From Octopus sinensis (taxonomy: Eukaryota): a stretch of 64,000 bases of DNA. Position 1 is the first letter of the stretch. Each line of letters begins with the position of its first letter. Location of the stretch: NCBI RefSeq assembly GCF_006345805.1, contig NC_043004.1, positions 9,858,001 through 9,922,000 of the forward strand, written 5' to 3'. Of this stretch, positions 54,056-64,000 are shown one piece after another. Under the pieces are notes generated by a model. That model was not told the origin of the DNA and did not search any database. It saw nothing but the letters and a program-made list of their open reading frames with translations. The position numbers and the translations under genes are program-made.

Positions 54056-54768
54056 GTAGTAGTAGTAACAATAATAACAACAAAAGTGTTATCATCATCA
54101 TCATCATCATTATTGATATTGTTGCTGTTGTTCACTTTCGTAGGTATCTCCTTTTTTTTTCTAACCACAGAGAGAACAGTAGGTTATGGATATGTAAACT
54201 CAGTTAGAACTAAGCTGGTCTGCTCCAATTTGCGTAACAGAATAAGCATTGGTTATACTTGCTAACCAACACCAACGTTTTCTCTCTCTGTATATACAAA
54301 GAGAGTGTAAGGTGTTAGTTACGAACGTATCTTTTTTTCTTTTGTTTTGTTTTTGCAACAACGCACGTTTAGCTTTACTGTGAGGTTAAAAACTGCGTGT
54401 TTACTAAAAACACAGTTATAAGTCTACCTTACATATTCTCTAGAAGTGTCATTGTCTTTATTGTGGAGACTTCAACGAATCTTGACAGTTGTCTCACTGA
54501 CAAAGACACAGAGATAAAACTTTCATTGTATTTAATAGTTTACAAGCTAATGACTGACATTTGCCGATCTAAAACTTCAATTTTAATTTCAGCAGTCACT
54601 TCCGATTGCGTGTCGTCTGGCCGGAAAAGAATTTGAGCTTTTATTGCTTCATAATCTATTTATTTATTTATTTATCAATATTTATTAATGTTTATTAATA
54701 TTTCTCTTCATTGTCATCATCGCCATCTTTTATTATCATCATCATCATCATTATCATTATCATTATCA

Positions 54769-54847
<79 letters not shown>

Positions 54848-54989
54848 GCTGTTGTTATTATCATCATCGTCATCCTCATCATCGTTGTCATCATTATTAT
54901 TTCAATTGTGTGAAGTTATTATTGTTAGTTTGCAGACGTTCTTTCAACAAAACCACGATTTATGTTTGTCTCAATCACAGAATAATGAT

Positions 54990-55023
<34 letters not shown>

Positions 55024-55122
55024 TTGATTGTGTTTGTGTGTGTCTATATATGTGTGTGTGTGTGTATGTATGCGTGCTTGAGCGCGTGTATTTGTGTAAG
55101 TGCATATCTCGGCGTATTTGTT

Positions 55123-55187
<65 letters not shown>

Positions 55188-55476
55188 GTGTCTGTCTGTC
55201 TGTCTGTCTGTCTGTCTGCATATATACACACGTACGAAAACACGCGAGTGTATGTATGTATGCATTTATATATATGTATATGTGTGTGTTTGTGTGTGCA
55301 TTTGTGTGTGTTTGTGTATGCATTTGTATGCGTATGTATACATACATCTACATATAATATAATATAGATTATATATATATATATATAATTTTAATCCAAA
55401 AGGGAACAAAAAACAACAACACAGGAACAATTACAGTATTATTATTAATAGGCGCTCAGGAGATGGAAGCAGGGAG

Positions 55477-55511
55477 GTATGACGTTTCGAGCGGAGCTCT
55501 TCGTCGGAAAC
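55477..55511 (-). ncRNA. Minimal HHR motif (U4C variant) in the 3' PLE repeat
   Basis: GTTT CCGACGA A GAGC-TCC-GCTC GAA ACGT C ATAC; GUC triplet, stem I with one mismatch. Confidence 0.6.
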
Positions 55512-58473
55512 ATAAAGAAGGAAGAGAGAGGAAAGAAAGATCCAGAGCGGGCAACAGGGAAGAGAAAAAAGACGACTGGTGTTTACGAGTTGCACATGTG
55601 AAAGGCGGATGTTGACGATAACAAGAGCAAAGTGGGTTTTTAAAGGCAAAAGAGTGGAGACAAGGTTGGTAACCAACAGATGTGTGTGTATGTGTGAGTG
55701 TGTGCGTGTGCGTGTGTGTATGTGTGTGTGTGAGGCGAGATGAAAAAACAAAAAATATATATGTGTGTTAGTGTGTGCGTCTGTGTGTAGGCGTGTGAGG
55801 TAGGGCGAGACTAGTGGTCAGCTAGCAGACAGGTCAGTAAGAAAAAGAGGAAGGAGGAAGGGAGGTCAGTAGTAAGAAAAGAAGGAAGGAGGAAGGGAGG
55901 GAGGGGAAGGGGTGGGGGCGTATGTAGCGTGCCAGCGTGTGTTGAGTAGTAGTGTGTGTGTGTGTCCAGTGTCGTGGTGGTATTAATGGCGAGTAGATTG
56001 AATGTGTGTAAGAGTGATGTATATATATAGGCAAGGTGTGTATATGTGTGCGCGTGTGTGTAACGAAAAAAGGGGGGGTTTAAGGAAAAAGGACTCCAGC
56101 TGAGGGGAAGATGGAAGAGTGGTACCGCGGAGACGGCGTGGGAAAACCCAACGACACGCGACGGTCCCAGGAACGGGCGGGAGGTCTCGTCAGGTCCAAG
56201 GGCGAGGTGTATGCGGCGCGTATGCAGCGCGAGCCGGCGCAAGTGCGGTGTGCGCGTGCCTGCGAGTATGCGCGTAAGTATGTATGTGTGTGGATGTGTG
56301 AGTGTGTCTGTGTGTATGTCTGGGTGGCAGTGTGTCCGATGAATGTATGTGAGTATGTGTGTATGTATGTGTGTGCATAGATGTATGTCCGTGTGTGTGT
56401 GTGTGTGTATGTGTGTGAGTGTGTATGTATGTACGTGTGGGTGTGGGGAAGTGTGTGTATGTGCATGTGTGTGCGCGTACATACAGGTGTGTGAGTGAGT
56501 GTGTGTGTGTGTATGTATGTGTGAGTGTGTATGTATGTGTGTGTCGGATGCATGTATGTGTATGGGTGTATGTATGCGTGTGTGTATGTATGTATGTGTA
56601 CGTGCGTGTGTGTGTGTGTATGCGTGTAGGTGTGCGCGTGTGCATGCATGCATGCATGTGCGTATGTGTGTGTGTGTGTGCATGTGTGTGGGTATATATG
56701 TATGTGCGTATGTGTGTGTATGTGCGTACATGTGTGTGTGTGTATGCATGTGTGTGTATGTAGGTGTGTAGGCGTGTGTGTATAGGTGTATGTATGTAAG
56801 TATGTGGGTGTGTCCGTGTATGTGTGTGTATGTATGTGTGTGTATGTAGGTGTGTGGGCGTGTGTATATGTGTGTGTATGTAGGTGTGTGGGCGTGTGTA
56901 TATAGGTGTATGTGTGTATGTCTGGGTGTGTCCGTGCATGTTTGTGTGTGTGTGTGTATGCATGTGTATGTGGGTGTGTGTGTACGTGTGTAATGTATGT
57001 GTGTATGCGTGTGTATGCGTGCGTGTGTGTATGTAGGTGCGTGTGTATGTGTGTGGGAGTGTAGGTGTGTGTGTGCGTGTGCGTGTTTATGTTGGTGTGT
57101 GCGTATGTGAGTGTGAGTGTATGGGTGTTTGTCATGCATGTGTGTGCGCGTGCAGGTGAGTGTGTGTGTAAGTATGTGTGTGTGTATGTTTGTGTGAGTG
57201 TGTAAGTGTGTATGTCTTTGTGTATGTATGTGCGTATAGGTATGTGGGTATGTGTGTATGTATGTATATGGGTGTATGTATGTATGTGTGTGTGTGCATG
57301 TGTATAAGTATATGTGTGTGTGCGTATGTGTGTATATGTGTATGTGTGTGTGTTTATGTATGTGTGTATGTATGTGTGTAGGCGTGTGTGTGTAGATGTA
57401 TGTATGTGTATGGGTGTGTGTCCGTGTGTGTTTGTGTGTGTGTGTAGTAGTAGATGTGTGTGTCTGAGTGAGGGTATGGCTGTGTAGGTGTGTGTGTGTA
57501 TGAATGTAAGTGTGTGTGTATACAAGTGTAATGTATGTATGTAGGTGTGTGTGTGTGTGTATGTGTACGTGTGCGTGTGTATGTGTGTGTGTTATGCGTG
57601 TGAGTGTGAGTATGGGTGTATGTCTGTGTGTGTGTATGTCTGAAGTAGGTATGTATGTGTATGTATGTATGTGTGTGTGTGTGTATGTGTGTGTGTATGT
57701 GTGTGTGTGAGTAGGTGTGCGTGTATGTATGTGGGTAGGGATGCATGCGAGTGTGTGGGTATGTATGCATACACGTACGCGCACATCCGAAGCAAGCCCA
57801 CACGCACAAAGCGCGCGCGCGCTCACGCACACAACGCACAAGCAGTACAACGCAAGCCCAAGGGGCCGACCAAGCCCCCAGCGCGCGCCAAGGCGCGCGA
57901 GCGCAAAAAGGCCCTCGAACGCCCCGCTACGCGGGAACCGAGGATCCATCAGCCAAAACCGGAAAGCAGAAAAGAGGGGGGGGCTGCCTGGATGCAAAAA
58001 GGTGTATGTGTGTGTGCATTCAGTGTAAGGGTGTGCATGTGTGGGCATGTATGTATGTATGTGCCTACATGTATGTTTGCATGTGTGTGTGTGAAGTATG
58101 TACGTGCGGTGTGTTGGTGTGTGAGTGTGTGTGTATGTATGTGCGTATGTATGTGTGTGTGTATGTGTGTATGTATGTCTGTTGTGTGTGTGTGTGTGTA
58201 AGTATGTATGTGTGTGCGTATGTATGTATGTGTGTGTGTATGTGCATGTTGGTTTGTATGTTAGTGTGTGCTAGTATGTCTGTAAGTGTGTGTGATTAAA
58301 TGTGTGAATGTATGTACGTAGATGGGTCTACGTATGTGTGTGTGTGAACAGGCGTGTGGGAGGTAGGTGGTGGGTGTGTGTGGGAGGTAGGTGGGTGGGT
58401 GTGTGCGTGTGGGAGGCAGGTGGGTGGGTGTGTGTGGGTGGTGTGCAAAAAAAAAAAAAAAAAAAAAAACCGA

Positions 58474-61331
58474 TCAAGAGGAGGGGGCTGTGTTGAGTCC
58501 GTGTGGGGTGGTAGTTTGTAGGGTGAAGATGTAGCGTTGCTCCAAGTGGAGCCTGGAAAGTGGGCGACCTTGGTGGGGGGCGAGACCAAACACTGAGATG
58601 TCATCTAGGGAATGGCCGGCCGAGCGGAAGTGGCGTGCGACGGGAAAAAGAGAGTGTAGGCGAACGTCCCTTAAGTGCTCAGTGAAACGGTCGGACAACC
58701 GGCGTCCCGTCTGTCCTACATACAGCATCCCGCATAGGTTGCATTTAATGCAGTAAATAAGGCCAGACGAGGTGCACGTAAAAGAGTGCCTAATGCGTAC
58801 AGTGTGCAGGTTGGAGCCGGTGACAGCGGTGGTGTTGGTGATGAAGGGGCAAGTGTTGCAGCGGGATCTAGAGCAAGGGAATGATCCGTGTGGGGCTGAG
58901 GGGGAAGGAGAGAGGGTGCTGTGGACCAGGAGGTCACGCAGATTGCGGGCTCGTTTGAAAGAGGACAGGGGTAGGTTAGGGAAAATGGGGCGGGTGGTGG
59001 GATCAAGCTGGAGGCGACGGAAGGCACGTAGTATCTTGCGACGAAGGGGTAGGGTAGAGGGGTGGAAAAGGAGGGGGAAGGGGTGCGGTTGGGGGGTGGG
59101 CGGGGGGAAGGAGACAGGGCGGTAGTGCGGTCGATGCGACGGGCGCGGGTGAGGGCATCAGAGAGGAGTATGGGTGGGTAACCTCGGAGTCTGAACATGC
59201 GGGCCAGGTATTGAGATTGGGTCTCGAAATCCTGGTCGCGGCTGCACAAACGTCGGAGGCGGAGGAACTGGGAGTAGGGGATGGCTCGTTTGGTGTGGAA
59301 GGGGTGGGAGGAAGAGAAGTTGAGATAGAGGTGGGAATCCGTAGGTTTAAAAAAGGCGGTGGTGGTGAGATCTGGAGGGGTGATCGATGCGGAGAGAGAT
59401 GTCAAGGAAGTTGACAGAGGTGTTGGAGATGGTGGAGGTGAATTGAAGGGAGGGGTGAAAGTTGGAAAGGAAAGAGATGAATTGGCAGAGAAGTTCACGG
59501 GAAAGGGAGGTGGCACCTACGCAGTCGTCGATATAGCGACCGTATAGTTCGGGGGTCGGCCCAGAGAACTGGGAGAACACTTGGGCCTCAATGTAGCCAA
59601 GAAAGAGATTGGCGAAATTGGGGCCCATCCTAGTTCCCATCGCGACCCCGGACACCTGTTGGTACGTTTCCCCCCGCGAACGTGAAGCAATTGAGGGTGA
59701 GGACGAGCTCGGCCAAACGGAGAAGGGTGGGGGTGCTGGGGGTGGGTCGGGACGACGGTCGAGGAAGTGTTGGAGGGCTAGGAGACCGTCATTGTGGGGA
59801 ATCACTGTGTACAGGGATTTTACATCTAAAGTGAAGAGGAGGTGTGAGGGGCTGGAAGGGAAGGAAAAGGAATTGAAGAGACGGAGGGCGTGGTTGGTGT
59901 CGTGTATGTGGGATGGGAGGGCTGCGACTAAGGGGACAGGATGCGGTCGAGGTATAGGGAGATGAGTTCAGTGCAGTGGGGCAATTACAGGCAGAGACTA
60001 TGGGACGGCCAGGAGAGGGGTTTATGGATCTTGGGAAGGAAGTAGATGGTGGAGGTGCGGGGTGTGCGGACGATGAGGTTGGTGGCGGTGAGGGGGAGAG
60101 CGGAGGAGGAGATGAGGTCGTGGATGGTGGAGGACACTCGTTGTTGGTAGGAGGAGGTGGGATCGGAGGGGAGGAGGCGATAGAAGAGTGGATTTTGAAG
60201 CTGGTTGAGCGCTTCCTCCCTGTATAGGTCCGCGCGCCACACTACCACTGCCCCGCCTTTGTCCGCCGGTTTGATGACAATGTCATCACGACGGCGGAGG
60301 TGGCGAAGGGCAATGGATTCGGCCCGAGTGAGGTTGGCTCGGCGGGGTCTTGGTTCAAAGTTGAAACGGTGGACCAAAGCGTTGCAGTCATGTACAAACG
60401 AATCTAGGCTACTGAAAAGGCCTGGGGGCGGCGTCCAGATGGATGGACGACGCCCCAGCTCCAAAAGGCAATCCTGATTGTTTTGACGCTGCGGGGACGC
60501 GTGGTAGTATGCGCGAAGTTTGAGGCGGCGCAGGAACAGGTTGACGTCCGCCCGAGTCTCGAACTCATCACAGTGGCGCGTGAGTGGCGTGAAGCGGAGA
60601 CCTTTACTGAGGAGGGAGCGCTCAGCGGCGGAGAGGGGGAGGTGGGGGGTATAGTGACAACAGCGCGAGGAAGCGGGGTGGTGGGAGACTAGGGGCAGGC
60701 GGGGGGGTGCAGGGTGTGAAGGGGAGGGTAGGGGTGGTTGGGTGAAGATGGGTTAGGCGTAGGAAGGTCACGGTGGGGGGGGTGGGTCCGTGGGGGGGTG
60801 GGGTCCGTGGAAGGTGGGGTAGGTGCGAAGGAGGGGGGGGAACAGTGGGGGAGGATGGGGAGGGGTGAGGGGTTGAGGAGGAGGTGGAGTTTTTTGTTTT
60901 TTTTGTGTGTGTGAGGTGGTTGTAGAGTTGGTGGTTGAGATTAAGAATGAAGCGGAGGATAGGTTGGGTGAAGAGTGGAGGGCAGAGGGCGGAGAGAAGG
61001 AGGTAGGCCTGGGGAAGTTGATGGTCGAGGGAGTCAAGGAGGGGCGGGTGGAGCGGATGGTGGCGCGGAGGAGGGAGCGGGAGGTCCGAGCGAGGGTGGG
61101 TTCGATGAAGGAGGAATAGGGGGTAGCGTGGAACTTCAAGAGGAAACCGCGGGGTGTGACATGATGGCGGAGGCACCGGCTAAGAAAGGAAAGATGACTA
61201 GAGTGGCGGGTTTTCTTAAAAAGCAAGCGGGAAAGTTTTATAGCAGGTGCGGAACATTGTGGGGGGAAGAACGCGAGGTAGCGGCTGAGGAGGGATTGAA
61301 GGTGTTGGACGAACGAGTGCAAGTCAGGCAT
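58474..61331 (-). CDS. PLE polyprotein: reverse transcriptase plus GIY-YIG endonuclease (frameshifted as given)
   Basis: MPDLHSF start; DDIVIKPADKGGAVVV, YFLPKIHKP, GVAMGTRMGPNFANLF, RYIDD, VNFLDI, FKPTDSHLYLNFSSSHP, YVGQTGRRLSDRFTEH..EQRYIFTLQT..PHGLN. Several frameshifts, some in homopolymers. Confidence 0.9.
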
Positions 61332-61741
61332 GATGAGAAGTGGTGGCAAACAGGTAAAGGTGGGTGGTGGCGAAGCAGGAAAAAGGAGAGACAACAGGAA
61401 AACAACGAAAGAAGAAAAAGGGTGAAGACAGTTTGAAAACAATAGAAAAAAGTTGAAAAAAGTCAGGAAAGAGATTTGAGAGTCAACGGACAGATTAAGT
61501 AATGATTTTACATCACGGTAAGCGGTACTCCGGAAGAAAGTTGCGGGTGATCCGTAGGTCAGGAAGAATGGTAACAATAATCCGTAGGTGCAAAAAATCC
61601 GAGAGTTGGTATCCAAGGTACAGGGGTCCGTGTAGGCGCGCAGTGGTATAATTTTAATCCAAAAGGGAAACAAAAAACAACAACAACAGGAACAATTACA
61701 GTATTATTATTAATAGGCGCTCAGGAGATGGAAGCAGGGAG

Positions 61742-61776
61742 GTATGACGTTTCGAGCGGAGCTCTTCGTCGGAAAC
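61742..61776 (-). ncRNA. Minimal HHR motif (U4C variant) in the 5' PLE repeat
   Basis: Identical to 55477-55511; about 410 nt upstream of the inferred ATG. Confidence 0.6.
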
Positions 61777-63777
61777 ATAAAGAAGGAAGAGAGAGGAAAG
61801 AAAGATCCCAGAGCGGGCAACAGGGAAAGAGAAAAAAGACGACTGGTGTTTACGAGTTGCACATGGTGAAAGGCGGATGTTTGACGATAACAAGAGCAAA
61901 GTGGGTTTTTAAAGGCAAAAGAGTGGAGACAAGGTTGGTAACCCAACAGATGTGTGTGTATGTGTGAGTGTGTGCGTGTGCGTGTGTGTATGTGTGTGTG
62001 TGAGGCGAGATGAAAAAACAAAAAAAATATAGTGTGTGTTAGTGTGTGCGTCTGTGTGTAGGCGTGTGAGGTAGGGCGAGACTAGTGGTCAGCTAGCAGA
62101 CAGGTCAGTAGGAGAAAAGAAGAAGGAGGAAGGGAGGTCAGTAGTAAGAAAGAAAGGAAGGAGGAAGGGAGGGAGGGGAAGGGGTGGGGGCGTATGTAGC
62201 GTGCCAGCGTGTGTTGAGTAGTAGTGTGTGTGTGTGTCCAGTGTCGTGTGTATTAATGGCGAGTAGATTGAATGTGTGTGAGAGTGATGTATATATATAG
62301 GCAAGGTGTGTATATGTGTGCGCGTGTGTGTAACGAAAAAAGGGGGGGGTTTAAGGAAAAAGGACTCCAGCTGAGGGGAAGATGGAAGAGTGGTACCGCG
62401 GAGACAGCGTGGGAAAACCAACGACACGCGACGGTCCCAGGAACGGGCGGGAGGTCTCGTCAGGTCCAAGGGCGAGGTGTATGCGGCGCGTATGCAGCGC
62501 GAGCCGGCGCAAGTGCGTGTGTGGGCGTGCCTGCGAGTATGCGCGTAAGTATGTATGGTGTGGATGTGTGATGTGTCTGTGTGTATGTCTGGGTGGCAGT
62601 GTGTCCGATGAATGTATGTGAGTATGTGTGTATGTATGTGTGTGCATAGATGTATTCCGTGTGTGTGTGTGTGTGTATGTGTGTGAGTGTGTATGTATGT
62701 ACGTGTGGGTGTGGGGAAGTGTGTGTATGTGCATGTGTGTGCGCGTACATACAGGTGTGTGAGTGAGTGTGGTGTTGTGTGTTGTATGTGTGAGTGTGTA
62801 TGTATGTGTGTGTCGGATGCATGTATGTGTATGGGTGTATGCATGCGTGTGGTATGTATTTATGTTGTACTGCGTGTGTGTGTGTGTGTATGCGTGTAGG
62901 TGTGCGCGTGTGCATGCAGCGCATGTGCGTATGTGTGTGTGTGTGCATGTGTGTGGGTAATATGTATGTGCGTATATTGTGTGTATGTGCGTACTTTGTG
63001 GTGTGTATGCATGTGTGTGTATGTAGGTGTGTAGGCGTGTGTGTATAGGTGTATTAATGTAAGTATGTGTGGGTGTGTCCGTGTATGTGTGTGTATGTAT
63101 GTGTGTGTATGTAGTGTGTGGGCGTGTGTATATGTGTGTGTATGTAGGTGTGGGGCGTGTGTATATAGGTGTATGTGTGTATTCTGGGTGTGTCCGTGCA
63201 TGTTTGTGTGTGGTGTGTATGCATGTGTGTGGGTGTGTGTGCGTGTGTAATTTATATATAGATTACCATGCACACGCCCCCCACACACACATACAAAACA
63301 CATACGCATCTGAGGACGGGTATATAAGTGATTATAAATATATCCATAATTTTGTATGTAATGATAAATCTACGTGTCTTAGAGAATATACGTATGTATG
63401 TATGTATGTATGTATGTATGTATGTATGTATGTATGTATGTATGTATGACAGAATATGATGAAAAAGTCAGAAGATTTCAATGAAAATCTTCAGGATATC
63501 AACAAATATCAAGAATTCTTATGATGATGATGGTGGCGGTACTAGTGGCGGTGGCGACAACGGCTGTGGTGGTGGTGCTGCTGGTGGTATTGGAGGTGGT
63601 TTTGGTATATAATGATTTTGAAGTTACATGTCTGTATCTCCAGCATCTGACTTATTGGGAAAAGTATGAATTTTGGAAGCACCAATTAACTCTGATCATA
63701 TGCATAATTCGTAACGTACGTTCTTCCATCGCACACAACCTTTTTTAGATGAAGCTTCTTTGGCTACATATATATAT

Positions 63778-64000
63778 CTATATATATAAAACTGTAGTTG
63801 TGTGAGTGTCTGTCCCCTTCGATTTAGATTCCTAACTACTCCCACTTTTGCGGTGCAGTTTAACCAAATTCGGGTATCTTAAGTCGTGATTCATATCGAG
63901 GCCGTCTGGGTTTAGTGCGCGTCTACGATGATCTACGATTTTAAAAATAATTTAACATCATTTTTTATTCCATTTTAATGCATAATTTTTCGTGTGTCGA
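63778..64000 (+). mobile_element. Non-autonomous Helitron 5' part, cut by the window end
   Basis: A|TCTATATATATAAAACTGTAG start; near identical to 35078-35290. Confidence 0.85.

Larger units (their letters stand above)
55384..63251 (-). mobile_element. Near full-length Penelope-like element in partial-tandem arrangement (6263-bp unit plus 1.6-kb direct repeat)
   Basis: 61647-63251 repeats 55384-56993; RT and GIY-YIG coding region between them; an HHR in each repeat; TA runs at both outer ends. Confidence 0.93.

Noticed and set aside
54400-54500. GDFN motif suggesting an APE endonuclease relic
   Set aside because: Single short motif followed by a stop.
56130-56200. CTGACGA plus stem in the PLE GC island as a second hammerhead
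   Set aside because: GCGT in place of GAAA, incompatible with the catalytic core.
55811-58048. 745-aa His/Thr-rich ORF and overlapping 481-aa ORF
   Set aside because: Read-through of the CA-rich strand of the PLE low-complexity region.
63303-63360. CTGAGGA followed by an 8-bp stem
   Set aside because: GAAA replaced by ATAA; stems I and III not convincing.

Overview
Repeat-saturated, AT-rich animal genomic DNA, probably octopus/cephalopod (my inference from the SINE families and the extreme (TA)n, (TACA)n, (TAA)n and (CA)n content). I cannot support any host protein-coding gene: almost all track ORFs are microsatellite read-throughs. The window holds one near full-length Penelope-like element (PLE; RT plus GIY-YIG; 55.4-63.3 kb) with ~1.6 kb direct repeats, a second PLE RT relic, two families of restriction-like-endonuclease (R4/Dong-type) retrotransposons, two Tc1 transposons, mariner MITEs, Helitron-type elements, CR1 and RTE LINE ends, at least four SINE-type families, foldback elements and a 20-bp minisatellite. 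The main unannotated signal is a set of minimal type I hammerhead ribozyme (HHR) motifs, read by eye, from at least five unrelated sequence families, almost all 100-190 nt from an element end that abuts TA-rich microsatellite. They include a tandem array of ~560-bp apparently non-coding units with one canonical-core HHR per unit (retrozyme-like, 38.3-39.7 kb), an HHR with a swapped G3:C8 core pair beside an antisense hairpin (20.5 kb), an HHR with a long stem II (24.2 kb) and a U4C-variant HHR in the PLE repeats. No folding or alignment software was run.
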